DNA of 64,000 bases from Candidatus Bathyarchaeia archaeon (GCA_049513715.1 JBEKVV010000002.1:192001-256000); one strand, 5' to 3'; positions 46,326 to 56,846 are shown, counted from the first letter of the stretch. Notes: generated by a model from the sequence alone, not told the origin. Program-made: numbers and translations.

Positions 46326-47282
46326 TCAGCCCACTGTCAGGAGGTAACTTCTAACTTTCTTGTCGTCCAGTTCGACCACGACCCCTCGTAGCATGCCTTC
46401 CGTATATTCACTCCCAGGGTTCAGGCAGAGGGTTTGGCCGATCTTTATGAAACCTCTCGATTCGTGTATGTGGCCATGAAGCCCAAGGAGGGGTTGATAT
46501 TTTTCGATCGCGTTACGCACCGCTGTGCTTCCCGCCGATATCATCATGATTTCTGAGCCCGCGTAAACTGGCTTCAGGTTCTCGTCCAGCTTCGGACAGG
46601 TATCCAGCCCTGTGTCATAGGGTGGGACGTGAAGGTTGAAGATGCAATTGCTCATGTCCTGAACCTTACTTGTCATTGCATCGAGCTTTGCAGCCAGATC
46701 CTCCTCTGAGCATTCTCGCGGTGTCTTCCAGGGGGTCGGGTTGCTCCAACCGCTGCTCACCATCTCGTACCCCCCCTCAAGGGTTAGGAGTTCGCCTTCG
46801 GGGTCGACGACATAGTTTGAGCTTTTTAGGACATCTTCAATTTCTGGTCGGTCGTCGTTTCCACCAGTCATAAAGACTTTGATGCCCTTCCCTTTCAACC
46901 GCTCTTCCGCCATACCCATCCAGCGTCGCAGGGTTTCAATCATGACATCGGTGAAGACGGCGTCGACCTTCGTCGGGTCAGCCCTCATCTCTGACATTTC
47001 GTCCTCTGTTGTTCGGTATGGGTAGTATCCTGTGAATCGAATCTTCTTTTCGAGGTCTTCGACCTCTTTGTCGGATTTGAGAGTGTATTTACTGCTGAGA
47101 AACTCGGAAGTGTATGTTCCCTCAGCGGTTTTGACGATTGGAACAATCATCTTCCCTGTAACATCGCCGCCGAGGATCAGGGTATTGACTTTGTACGGTT
47201 GCGGTGTGTTCAGAAACTTCAGGAAGCATTTCTCTGAACCATGAACGTCCGTTGCGAAGAAGAGACGTATCTTCGTGGCCAC
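46326..47282 (-). CDS. Metallophosphoesterase (Icc-related)
   Basis: TDVHGS, GGDVTGK, GGNDD, HVPP, HGHIHE and NPGSEY. Confidence 0.88.
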   Translation of the reverse strand: MATKIRLFFATDVHGSEKCFLKFLNTPQPYKVNTLILGGDVTGKMIVPIVKTAEGTYTSEFLSSKYTLKSDKEVEDLEKKIRFTGYYPYRTTEDEMSEMRADPTKVDAVFTDVMIETLRRWMGMAEERLKGKGIKVFMTGGNDDRPEIEDVLKSSNYVVDPEGELLTLEGGYEMVSSGWSNPTPWKTPRECSEEDLAAKLDAMTSKVQDMSNCIFNLHVPPYDTGLDTCPKLDENLKPVYAGSEIMMISAGSTAVRNAIEKYQPLLGLHGHIHESRGFIKIGQTLCLNPGSEYTEGMLRGVVVELDDKKVRSYLLTVG

Positions 47283-47428
47283 TCTGCACGCGCCCTGGTA
47301 GGTGTCTTAGTGATTGAATATTAGTATTAAGAGTGGCCTCAGTACAAGTATTTACCCTACGTTCTATTGCGGAGCTCGTATCGTCAGTTTCTTATACGCT
47401 CAACCTTACCTATTACGGATGAAAAACC

Positions 47429-49033
47429 TTGGAATCAAAGTACTTCGTTAGAAAAGCTAGTGGCCTAGTCAGAGAATTCGGCGCAACGGATTTGATTCTC
47501 ATTGCTTCAGCGATGGTTTTCGGACTTGTGTTCACAACAACTCAATTTCCCTGGTTCTACGGTTTCAACCCGGGAGCCAACCTTGCACTCTCACTAACCA
47601 TTGCAGGGATCCCATTCGTCTTCCTAATGCTCGTCTACTGGGTGATCGGAGTCATCATGCCTAGATCTGGATCTGATTACGTCTGGGTCAGCCGTGTCTT
47701 TCACCCCTCTATCGGTTTCGCTTGGTCCTTCCTGTACATGTTCGCTGTCTTCATCACAGCGTACGTCGGAGGCTTGAGTGCTTTCTCGTACGCGTTGTCG
47801 ATAGCAGTCACCATGTGGGGCCTCCTGTTCCAGAACCCAGGATTGGTTACTATGGGGAACTTCCTCAGTTCACCCATAGGAGCATTCTACATCGCCGTAG
47901 GATTCACGTTGCTCTTCGCTGTATTCGCCATCTTCGGCGTTCGACTGATCAAAGGCCTACTCTACATATCTTGGGGAGCTGCCATTTTGGGCATCGTGCT
48001 GATGTGGTGGCTTCTAGGAACAACGAACCCAGCAATGTTCGCCGCCAAATGGAACGCAGTAATGACCAATTATCCGACCTACCAAGCCCTGCAACAGGCT
48101 GCGACACAAAACGGTTGGACACCCCCTGTGGGTGGCTTGGTCGCGGTAATGGGTGCACTCCCTCTAGCGTCCCTGTTCCTCTTTGGAGGAAACTTCGGAG
48201 GAAACGTGATTGCAGGCGAGATCAAAGACGTACGAAAAACAGTGCCCTTAGCTCTCTTCCTGTCACTAATTCTGGGAATTGTCTACTGGAGCGTTTCCGG
48301 GTTCTTGACACTGAACGCCGTTGGGGAGAATTGGTTCTACTCAATTGCGTACTTGTGGGACAATAACCCCGCCGCCTATGGCGCCTTGCTTCCTTTCCCA
48401 CCATCACAACCACTACTGCTTTCAGTAATTGCATACCCAAGCGCAGCATTGCTTGCGCTGATCTTCCTTACCTACTTCTTCGGGTCAGTGCAAATACTGT
48501 TCGTGTACTTCTGGGTCCCCAGCAGATACTTCTTCGCATGGTCGTTTGACAGGATCATCCCTACGAGATTCGCTGATGTAAGCAAGCGTTTCCACACACC
48601 GCATATAGCAGTGGGGGCTATGACAGTACTCTCAGTGATTTTACTTGGGCTCTACGCGTTCACGAGCTGGCCCACAGCTTTCACTATCGGAACATTTCTG
48701 TGGGGAGTAGCCTACATAGTGCCAGCGCTAGCGACCATCGTCTTTCCATTTACAAAGAAGGACCTGTTTGAACAAGCACCTGAATTCATGCGCAAGAAGA
48801 TCGGAAGCGTTCCCATCATAAGCATACTCGGCGTACTCGCCTCGGCTTCGTTCGCGTACATGGGCTACATTGCCTACACGAACCCACTGATCACTTCGCC
48901 AACACTATCCGGCATAGGCATAGCAGTAGGTATCCTCATCGCCTGCTTCATAGTCTACTTTGCGTCATTAGCTTACCATAAGAAGCGCGGCCTCGACATC
49001 GAAATGGCCTTCAAAGAACTACCGCCAGTCTAG
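47429..49033 (+). CDS. APC superfamily amino acid/polyamine permease
   Basis: FVRKASGLVRE, MPRSGSDYVWVSR, AGEIK and FAWSFDRIIP; about 12 TMs. Confidence 0.9.
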   Translation: MESKYFVRKASGLVREFGATDLILIASAMVFGLVFTTTQFPWFYGFNPGANLALSLTIAGIPFVFLMLVYWVIGVIMPRSGSDYVWVSRVFHPSIGFAWSFLYMFAVFITAYVGGLSAFSYALSIAVTMWGLLFQNPGLVTMGNFLSSPIGAFYIAVGFTLLFAVFAIFGVRLIKGLLYISWGAAILGIVLMWWLLGTTNPAMFAAKWNAVMTNYPTYQALQQAATQNGWTPPVGGLVAVMGALPLASLFLFGGNFGGNVIAGEIKDVRKTVPLALFLSLILGIVYWSVSGFLTLNAVGENWFYSIAYLWDNNPAAYGALLPFPPSQPLLLSVIAYPSAALLALIFLTYFFGSVQILFVYFWVPSRYFFAWSFDRIIPTRFADVSKRFHTPHIAVGAMTVLSVILLGLYAFTSWPTAFTIGTFLWGVAYIVPALATIVFPFTKKDLFEQAPEFMRKKIGSVPIISILGVLASASFAYMGYIAYTNPLITSPTLSGIGIAVGILIACFIVYFASLAYHKKRGLDIEMAFKELPPV

Positions 49034-49051
49034 AGCACAGACCACGAAACC

Positions 49052-49092
49052 AGTTTCCTTCCCACCTTCTCTCTTTTTCTCTTCTTCTCATA
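49052..49092 (+). terminator. Pyrimidine-rich tract after the permease gene (putative terminator)
   Basis: TTTCCTTCCCACCTTCTCTCTTTTTCTCTTCTTCTC after the stop codon. Confidence 0.4.
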
Positions 49093-49203
49093 TCCACTTA
49101 GAATCCAACCTGCAAACGACGAACCACATTCTGTCTGGCAAGGTTAAGACGTTTCGCAAAATCAATTCCTCAGTGTATCCGGAGGCGACCGTGAAAAGGC
49201 TAA

Positions 49204-50130
49204 ATGCCCTCCAACCACATTTTCCGCGACATGGCACCCATAAGCCGAGATTTCATTGGGTACGGAATGAACGTTCCCAAAATTAAATGGCCGAACAACG
49301 CGCGCCTCGCGCTCACCTTTGCAATAAACTACGAAGCTGGGTCCGAGCGAGCAGTCGGCTTCGGGGACCAAGGGGCCGAGACATTCGGAGAGTTCCCAGC
49401 TTATGGGGCTCCTCCGAAAAGGGACCTTGCCATTGAATCCATCTTCGAATACGAGACCCGTGTAGCCATCTGGAGAATACTCAGAACATTCGAAAAATAC
49501 AAAATCAAAACGACCTTCTTCGCCGCCGCGAAGACATTGGAGACTAATCCTGAGGCGGCCAAAGAAATTGTACGTAGGGGGCATGAGATTTGCAGTCATG
49601 GCTACCGGTGGATAGAGCACTTCACCTTGACGCGGGACGAGGAACGAGAAGTGATACGCAAAGCCGTAGCGTCCATTGAGAAAACAACAGGCCAACGACC
49701 CGTGGGATGGTACTGTAGAGAGCCCAGCGAAAACACCATTGAGCTCCTAGTTGAGGAAGGGGGGTTTCTCTACGATTCTGATGTTTACAATGACGATCTC
49801 CCACACTACGTGAAGGTAGGCGGAAAGAACTTCCTGCTAATCCCGTACACGCCGGACATCAATGACTTCCACTATTTCTCGAACAGGTTCAGCAATTCGG
49901 AGGAGTTCTACCAGTACCTCAAAGATTCGTTCGACTTGATGTACGAAGAAGGCCGCACGCAACCGAAAATGATGAACGTCGGCCTTCATGTCAGAATCTC
50001 CGGTCGTCCAGGGAGAACGGTTGCGGTGGAAAGATTCCTCAAGTATGTCAAAGCCAAACCAAAGGTATGGGTGGCCCGCAGAATCGACATTGCGAAATGG
50101 TGGCAGGACCATTACGAGCCCAAACAATGA
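49204..50130 (+). CDS. PuuE-like allantoinase / polysaccharide deacetylase family protein
   Basis: RDFIGYG, WPNNARLA...INYEAG, ESIFEY, HEICSHGYRW, YNDDLP and GLHVRISGRPGR. Confidence 0.88.
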   Translation: MPSNHIFRDMAPISRDFIGYGMNVPKIKWPNNARLALTFAINYEAGSERAVGFGDQGAETFGEFPAYGAPPKRDLAIESIFEYETRVAIWRILRTFEKYKIKTTFFAAAKTLETNPEAAKEIVRRGHEICSHGYRWIEHFTLTRDEEREVIRKAVASIEKTTGQRPVGWYCREPSENTIELLVEEGGFLYDSDVYNDDLPHYVKVGGKNFLLIPYTPDINDFHYFSNRFSNSEEFYQYLKDSFDLMYEEGRTQPKMMNVGLHVRISGRPGRTVAVERFLKYVKAKPKVWVARRIDIAKWWQDHYEPKQ

Positions 50131-50438
50131 TGCTGTGAATCAGACGTGCAATTCCTGCTTGTGGGTCTGATGGTGCGCACACACACGAAAAACCGCCCGA
50201 ATTGACGGTTCAAATTCGGATGCTGGCACCACACACAGAACCCAAACCCAGGCTTCTTGAGAGTTGAGAAGTACGGCTTAGCCGGCATGGAGAAAGGCAT
50301 ATTAATGTTTCGTGACTGAAACAGTGATGTACCGCCAATGTTCATGATCCATTTGCCTCAACGGCATGGAGGCAATGTCGTTCGTCCATCCGAACGTGTT
50401 CGGGATTCAACTTTCCCATTGATAGCTGGCACGGTTAG

Positions 50439-51014
50439 GTGGGAAGCTTGATGTCCGCGATTGTCAGTCTGAAGGAGGATCACCGAGCCATCCGCCATGT
50501 GCTTGACATATTGCATGTGATTACGGAAAGAATGGAGCTGGGCGATCCAGTGTCACCATCAGTCCTGCAAAGCATCTTGGACTTCATGGTCAACTTCAAA
50601 GAGATTACACATCGAGGAAGAGAAGACATAGTCTTCCTACCTCTTCTGAGCAGGCGTGAGGTCCAGAGGCCCAGCGCCGTTGACCTCGTGATGGCTGAGC
50701 ACGAGAAAGAGCGGAGGCTCATCCAGGAATTTCAGCAAGCCGTGAACAGATACGATGTCGACGATGCGTCCAGTAGGTTAAAGGTTGTTCAGGTTGCACG
50801 CAAGCTGAGAACTCTGCTTGATGCTCACGTGAGCAAAGAGGAAGACATCCTCCTTCCATGGGCTGAACGATTACTCACCCCACAAGTTGACATGGAGTTG
50901 ATACAGAAAATCGAAAAGATTGGCCCCAGCTTTGTTAGGGAAACATCCGCTTACGTTGATGATATCGCACGTAGAGCTTGGAACTCCTACCGACTTCTAC
51001 ACGTCCAAGCTTAA
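50439..51014 (+). CDS. Hemerythrin (HHE cation-binding) domain protein
   Basis: LKEDHRAI, HRGREDIVF, MAEHEKER and HVSKEEDILLP. Confidence 0.82.
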   Translation: MGSLMSAIVSLKEDHRAIRHVLDILHVITERMELGDPVSPSVLQSILDFMVNFKEITHRGREDIVFLPLLSRREVQRPSAVDLVMAEHEKERRLIQEFQQAVNRYDVDDASSRLKVVQVARKLRTLLDAHVSKEEDILLPWAERLLTPQVDMELIQKIEKIGPSFVRETSAYVDDIARRAWNSYRLLHVQA

Positions 51015-51197
51015 CTTCGACCGAGCGCATCTCTAATCCGACGGCTATGATGAGTGGCAAGCGGTCTTCTAGCTTAAGGTAAACCGCCGAGCCTAGAGAC
51101 TGTTTCTTGACTTTCGCGGATTGATTTCGGTGAGGTCCTTCGCGGGATTGGGCCGGGACGTTCGGATCGAACCAGCGGGTTCTCCGCGGCAAAGGCC

Positions 51198-52364
51198 TCA
51201 CGTTTTCAAAACGCGTCGGCGTAACATAATTATCGCAACAATCAACACAATCAGGGTTGTCAGCAGGATTTCCGGGGCGTATCTTTCTAGGGCGTTGGGG
51301 TTTGTCTGGGTGGTCGTTGCTGTTGGCGGTGATGATTCGTATGAGATTCGGTAGACTGTTCCGGTGCCATAGTCGGCGACGAGTAGGCCTCCCATGTGGT
51401 CTTCGATCACATCAATGGGATGGTTGAACCCGGTCGCGAACACTACTTCCTGCCCTTCGAATCCATCAGCTCCCTTGTCCAATGGGACTCTGACTATTCG
51501 CTGCCCAATGCTTGGGTCCCCGCCATTTGCCCCCCACTGGGCGATGAACGCATTCCCAACATACTCCGCAGGAAACTGCGTTCCATAATAGAAGGCGAAA
51601 CCATCGGAGGATGAATGGGTCTGAAGAAGGGCGACAGGACCCATGGTTCCACTTCCAGCAGGAGGGGTACCGAAATAGTTCGGAAACCCGTAATCCCCAC
51701 CCTTCACAATGTAATCTAGTTCGTCGGGTGCAGAAGGGTCGTCCGGCCCGTTATCTGTGGCGAATAGGTTTCCTTCGCTATCGAAGGCTAATCCGTAGGG
51801 GTTTCGAAGGCCCTTTGCGAACACTTCAAACTCGCTTCCATCCGGTTTGAATCTCACTATTGTCGCGCTTCTTGGATCACTGCCGTTCGTTCTGTCGCCC
51901 GTCGAGCCAATGCCCATGTAAAGGTATCCGTCTTTTCCGTAGATTATTTCGTCGTTTTGATGTCTCCCCGTTGGTAATCCGCTTAGGATGACCTGAGTTG
52001 AGTTAGAGGCTCCATTCTGGATTGACAGTCGCGCTACGTTCCCAGTATAGGAAATGAACAAAGAGTCGCCAACAATCACGAGGCCCAAGAGGTCTCCAGG
52101 CACCTTTCCGACAAGTAGCGATCCGCTAGGAAAGCCGTCAGACCCGATTGCGAGTTGGATGATTTCCCCGCCTTGTTGAGAAATGTAGAGGTTACCGTCA
52201 GGCCCCCACGTCATAGAGGTCGGGTTTGTGAGTCCGGGGTAGAAAACGTCAATCCTGAAGCCCGGAGGAACAACCAATCCTATTTGAGCGTGAATGGTTG
52301 GCGTCGAGGAGAAGGCTATGCTTAGCAATAGAAACGCCACGGCGCCATACTTGAGTATCCTCAT
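51198..52364 (-). CDS. Membrane-anchored PQQ-dependent sugar (glucose/sorbosone) dehydrogenase-like beta-propeller
   Basis: Signal peptide from ATG 52364, GLRNPYGLAFD, TDNG, DELD, GGDYGFP; C-terminal TM. Confidence 0.85.
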   Translation of the reverse strand: MRILKYGAVAFLLLSIAFSSTPTIHAQIGLVVPPGFRIDVFYPGLTNPTSMTWGPDGNLYISQQGGEIIQLAIGSDGFPSGSLLVGKVPGDLLGLVIVGDSLFISYTGNVARLSIQNGASNSTQVILSGLPTGRHQNDEIIYGKDGYLYMGIGSTGDRTNGSDPRSATIVRFKPDGSEFEVFAKGLRNPYGLAFDSEGNLFATDNGPDDPSAPDELDYIVKGGDYGFPNYFGTPPAGSGTMGPVALLQTHSSSDGFAFYYGTQFPAEYVGNAFIAQWGANGGDPSIGQRIVRVPLDKGADGFEGQEVVFATGFNHPIDVIEDHMGGLLVADYGTGTVYRISYESSPPTATTTQTNPNALERYAPEILLTTLIVLIVAIIMLRRRVLKT

Positions 52365-52467
52365 GCAATCCTCCCCGTCCAACTCTCCTATGGCTTTGCC
52401 TTTAGATTTGCGGAGGCAAAGAGCGGGCAAGTTGAGTTGATCACGCTGGGCTGCGGGCGATTATGTC

Positions 52468-52821
52468 TTAAACCCGGTTGCTTGTTCTGCGGGGTTTGCG
52501 AAGGAGCTGGAACGTGAAAGAGGCCGCTGCAATTGCCATGAGCAAGACAGCAACTAGGACCAAGAAAGGCACGAGTTGTGCGCAGGCAGCAGGAGGTTCT
52601 GTGGGCGCGTATGTGCTGCAACCACCGTAGGGAGAGTTGAGCTTGACCGATGAAAACGAGGTGGCTACGCTTACACCAACTGCAATTGAGAGGGTGATCA
52701 CTGCCAAGGTCCAAAACAGTAGGCGCAAGTGCGGCACAGAATCAGAATGGACAAAACGTGCAGATACGCATTGCGATTCCTCTTCAATGTGTCGTATCCA
52801 ACTCTCCACTTGTAAGCACAA
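52468..52821 (-). CDS. Possible small two-TM membrane protein (start uncertain)
   Basis: Two hydrophobic helices flanking a Cys-containing loop, with a basic C-terminal tail. Confidence 0.45.
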   Translation of the reverse strand: MCLQVESWIRHIEEESQCVSARFVHSDSVPHLRLLFWTLAVITLSIAVGVSVATSFSSVKLNSPYGGCSTYAPTEPPAACAQLVPFLVLVAVLLMAIAAASFTFQLLRKPRRTSNRV

Positions 52822-52940
52822 GTGCGGTGTCTGGCCGTCTGAGTTTTCTAAGATTGGATGGGGAAACTATTTGTTTAATATCCCTTCAGCGGTCAGTTGG
52901 ATAAGTCTAATTTGCAGGAAGTCTATCGGCGAGGAGAGAA

Positions 52941-54077
52941 TTGGTAATGTCGAGCAAGAAAGCAGACTTAGCTGGACCGGGCATCGGAAGCTACGAAGAA
53001 CTGGAAAAGATACTGCCGCAAGACTACATGTCCCTTCTGAATCCGAAGGAAACACAGAAGGCTCTTTTCGCTGCGAAGAACTACATCGAGGAGAATCTGT
53101 GCAAAGAACTCAATCTCATGATGGTTCAGGTCCCGCTGATTGTGGATGTCGAGAGCGGCGTCAACGACCTCCTAGATAGAGACGGGTCGAGAACTCCGGT
53201 TCAATTTCACATCTCGAACGATCACAACAAGCACCCGATTGAGGCACAAGTTGTTCAGGCTGCAACGAAATGGAAACGGGTGGCACTGAAGCAGTTCGGC
53301 ATGAAGGTTGGCGAGGGCCTCTGCACGGATATGCGTGCCGTTCGGAAGGACTACTTCCTTGACCACGACCACAGCGCATACGTCGACCAGTGGGACTGGG
53401 AGAAGGTGGTCAGCGCAGACCAACGCAACTTAGACAACTTGAAGGGCACTGTTAGGAGAATCTGGAAGGTCCTTACGGGGGCAGAGAAACATGTTCAGAA
53501 GCTGTACCCACAACTGAAGACCTCCAAGTTCCCGAGTCTGCCTGAGGAGCTCAGGTTCCTACACGCCGAAGACATCCTCGACATGTACCCAGACCTCCCG
53601 AGAAAGCAACGCGAAACAGCCGTTCTGCAGAAGTATCCAGCAATTTTCATCATCGGCGTGGGTTGGACTTTGAAAGATGGATATCCGCATGAACTTCGGG
53701 CGGCTGATTACGATGACTGGGTCACCGAAACCAAATCTGAGGACGGGCGACCCATGCATGGCCTCAACGGTGACATCTTAGTCTGGAATCCTGTCACAAA
53801 ACGTCGGCACGAACTGACCTCGATGGGTATACGAGTGAATGCGGACACACTCAAGAAGCAACTGGAAATCACGGGCCAACTTGATTTCCTGAAACTCCCA
53901 TACCACCAAGGCATTGTCAACAACACGCTTCCACTCAGCATTGGGGGCGGAATCGGTCAATCACGAACCTTTATGGCGCTTCTGAAGAAGGCACACTTGG
54001 GCGAAGTCAGCGTAACCGTTTGGCCAAAGATTCTCAAAGACCTGTGTAACAAGAAGAACATTCACGTCCTCGAATAG
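52941..54077 (+). CDS. asnA: Aspartate--ammonia ligase (asparagine synthetase A)
   Basis: KWKR, GEGLCTDMRAVR, HSAYVDQWDWEK, RAADYDDW, GLNGDI, ELTSMGIRV and SIGGGIGQSR. Confidence 0.93.
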   Translation: MVMSSKKADLAGPGIGSYEELEKILPQDYMSLLNPKETQKALFAAKNYIEENLCKELNLMMVQVPLIVDVESGVNDLLDRDGSRTPVQFHISNDHNKHPIEAQVVQAATKWKRVALKQFGMKVGEGLCTDMRAVRKDYFLDHDHSAYVDQWDWEKVVSADQRNLDNLKGTVRRIWKVLTGAEKHVQKLYPQLKTSKFPSLPEELRFLHAEDILDMYPDLPRKQRETAVLQKYPAIFIIGVGWTLKDGYPHELRAADYDDWVTETKSEDGRPMHGLNGDILVWNPVTKRRHELTSMGIRVNADTLKKQLEITGQLDFLKLPYHQGIVNNTLPLSIGGGIGQSRTFMALLKKAHLGEVSVTVWPKILKDLCNKKNIHVLE

Positions 54078-54092
54078 GCTGAGCTGTTCTGC

Positions 54093-54347
54093 ATGAGAAC
54101 AAGGGACGTAATCCTCGCCGCTATCATTGGAGTCGCAATTACAGTTATCACTGGACTGATTGACCACACCCCACCCAACTTGGTCGGCGCAAGCCACTAC
54201 GGATATCCCTTTCACTGGCTGTCGAGATTGATCATTGCGCCACAGTACTTCCCGTGGGCCGTCAACACAGGAAACCTTGTCATAGACATAGTCCTCTGGT
54301 CCATCCTTGCGGGAATCGTGCTCATCCTTCTGAAAAGAAAGCGCTGA
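54093..54347 (+). CDS. Small membrane protein (YGYP motif)
   Basis: Two TMs around HYGYPFHWL, with a basic tail. Confidence 0.65.
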   Translation: MRTRDVILAAIIGVAITVITGLIDHTPPNLVGASHYGYPFHWLSRLIIAPQYFPWAVNTGNLVIDIVLWSILAGIVLILLKRKR

Positions 54348-54367
54348 GCCCTCTACAAGGCTAGAAG

Positions 54368-56761
54368 CTACATCCCGAAAGCGTGGAATCGTTTACTCGT
54401 CTCCGCCATCTCGGTAAGTCGCTTATCAACGAGGTCGAACACTGAGTCCTTTTCAAACGTTCCGTCTGGCAGTCTTTTCCCTGCGGGTTTTCCTGTCAGG
54501 ACCTCTATTCCTTCGTCGATGGTTTTTACGGGGTAGATGTGAAATTTCCCTGCATTTACAGCCTCGACAACCTCTTTCTTGAGCATGAGATTCCGGACGT
54601 TGCTCTCCGGAATCATCGCGCCATGCTTCCCGTTTAGGCCTCTGGATTTGCAAACTTCGAAATATCCTTCCAGTTTTTCGTTGACCCCACCGATCGGTTG
54701 GACCTCACCCTTCTGGTTGACCGAGCCGGTGATAGCGAAGGTTTGCTTGATTGGAACCCCTGAAAGCTCGGAAAGTATTGCATACAGTTCGGTGCTGGAG
54801 GCGCTGTCTCCTTCTACGCCCTCGTAATTTTGCTCGAAAACGATTCGAGCGGACAAAGTAAGGGGCTTATCGCGGGCGAACTTCGAGGCCAGATATCCTG
54901 CAATTATCATCACGCCCTTCCCATGGATGGGCCCACTCATGTTCACTTCCCGTTGAACATCAATCAGCCCTTCCTTTCCCAGCCCAACAGCTACGGTAAT
55001 TCTAGAAGGAGCACCAAAGGAAAAGTCACCTAAACTCAGGACCGAGAGACCGTTGATTTGGCCTACTGCTTCGCCGTCTGTTGAGATGAAGATTATTCCG
55101 CGGTCAATGTACTCGCGCAATTTCTCCTGAATCAAGTTCGAACGGTAGATCTTGGCTTCAATTGCTTTCTCAACATGAGCTCCAGTAATGTACTTTGAGT
55201 TATCTTGAAGGGCATAGAAGTTGGCTTCACGTGCAACATCGGCGACTATCCCAAATTGGGTTGACAACTTGTCCTGGTCGTCGGCTAATCTGCAACTGTG
55301 TTCAAGCAGCCTAGAGATTGCGGTGGCGTCGGAGTGTTTGAGGTTCTCGTTCAAAGCCAACGTCGTGAAGAAGCCGGCGTAGTTTCGCAGGTTCGCATCA
55401 GTCCTATCCATTGTAGAGTCCCAATCGGCCTTTACCTTGAAAAGTTCCCTGAACTCAGGGTCGTACGCGAACAGCACCTGGTACGTGCGCGAATCTCCTA
55501 TTAGGACAACTTTCATATCCAAAGGAATTGGCTTGGGCGTGAGGCTCCTAATGCTCGCATATCCGACCCTCTGCGGCAAATCCTCAACAAGAATCTCCTG
55601 AGATTTCAGGGCACGCTTCAGGCCTTCGTAGACGTTCAAGTCCCGCAGTAGCTGCTCTGCACGTATGATGAGAAATCCTCCGTTAGCTCTATGTATGGAG
55701 CCACCGCGAATCAACGTGAAATCAGTGCTCAAAGTACCGAGCTGGCTCTCTTTCTCAATCCGGCCGAGAAGGTTATCGAAAGTGGGGTTCTGTTCTACAA
55801 CAACCGGGGCGCCTTTCAAGTTCGAATTGTCAGCGACCACGTTAACGTCGTAAACACGAAACGCCATTTCCTCAAGCCACGCGGACTGGGGCAATTCTTC
55901 CTTCTTCTCTCCGGTGCGGCCCCGAAACTTGTCGAAGTCGGCAACTATTTGGCTCTGGATTTCCTTCAAGAAATTCGTGATCTCCTCATGACCCTTGTAC
56001 TTCTCCAAAAGGCTTGACATCAGATGCTCGATGACATACAGGGCCACTTCCTTGTCGAATTTGGCGACTTCATCGTGGGCCTTCGTCTCCAAGTCCCGCA
56101 GCTCTCTGACAAACGGCGTGAGCTTGTCCTTCAAATCCTCTCGTTTCTGTGTGAGTTTCTGTTGCGTATCTTTGGGAAGTGCGAGGAACTCGTCTTCAGT
56201 CAGTGGATGGTCCTTGATGACTGGGACCAATGATATGCCGAAGGCCGTGAGTTGCATTGTGAAGCCCTCACTTTGGGCTGTGTGGGCCATTTGCGCAATG
56301 CTGTCCTGGCGTTTCTGGTTCACTTTCTTTAGGATTCCATCGCGCTTGGTTGTGTAATCGTCCCCCTCGAACAGCTGCGGAATGGCGATTCGGGCCGCCT
56401 GCACTACCTCGCGTAGGTCTTGTTTGAGTTGTCTTCCCAAACCGGCTGGGCAGCGAAGTGTCTTGGGCTCGTATTCATTCGCGAAATTGTGCACGTAGCA
56501 CCAGTCAGATGGTGTAGGCATCTTTCGAGCTATGTCCTCGAGGAAGTCCGTTGTGGTTGTTGTTTTACCCGTTCCTTGAGGGCCTGCCGCGAATATGTTG
56601 AATCCTTGCTCTTTCGTTTGGAAACCAAACATTAGGGCCTGGTAGGCTCGGGGTTGGCCGACCATTACCTCAAGAGGTTTCAGTTCCTCCGTGGTTTTCG
56701 CAGCAATAATCTTAGGATCGCACGTCCACCGCAGTTTCTCGGTTGAGAGTTCAGAGACCAA
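54368..56761 (-). CDS. Lon-like protease, LonC/AAA_32 type
   Basis: GPQGTGKT, SDWCYVHNF, GSIHRANGGFL, GQINGLSV, EGDSAS (catalytic Ser) and IGGVNEK (catalytic Lys). Confidence 0.92.
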   Translation of the reverse strand: MVSELSTEKLRWTCDPKIIAAKTTEELKPLEVMVGQPRAYQALMFGFQTKEQGFNIFAAGPQGTGKTTTTTDFLEDIARKMPTPSDWCYVHNFANEYEPKTLRCPAGLGRQLKQDLREVVQAARIAIPQLFEGDDYTTKRDGILKKVNQKRQDSIAQMAHTAQSEGFTMQLTAFGISLVPVIKDHPLTEDEFLALPKDTQQKLTQKREDLKDKLTPFVRELRDLETKAHDEVAKFDKEVALYVIEHLMSSLLEKYKGHEEITNFLKEIQSQIVADFDKFRGRTGEKKEELPQSAWLEEMAFRVYDVNVVADNSNLKGAPVVVEQNPTFDNLLGRIEKESQLGTLSTDFTLIRGGSIHRANGGFLIIRAEQLLRDLNVYEGLKRALKSQEILVEDLPQRVGYASIRSLTPKPIPLDMKVVLIGDSRTYQVLFAYDPEFRELFKVKADWDSTMDRTDANLRNYAGFFTTLALNENLKHSDATAISRLLEHSCRLADDQDKLSTQFGIVADVAREANFYALQDNSKYITGAHVEKAIEAKIYRSNLIQEKLREYIDRGIIFISTDGEAVGQINGLSVLSLGDFSFGAPSRITVAVGLGKEGLIDVQREVNMSGPIHGKGVMIIAGYLASKFARDKPLTLSARIVFEQNYEGVEGDSASSTELYAILSELSGVPIKQTFAITGSVNQKGEVQPIGGVNEKLEGYFEVCKSRGLNGKHGAMIPESNVRNLMLKKEVVEAVNAGKFHIYPVKTIDEGIEVLTGKPAGKRLPDGTFEKDSVFDLVDKRLTEMAETSKRFHAFGM

Positions 56762-56846
56762 TTGGGGTCGTCAAGCTTCCGACCAAGGAAGCTAATTACC
56801 TTTTCCCGTGGGAAAACCGGTTCGCCAGAAGCCTGAATTGTTCAGC

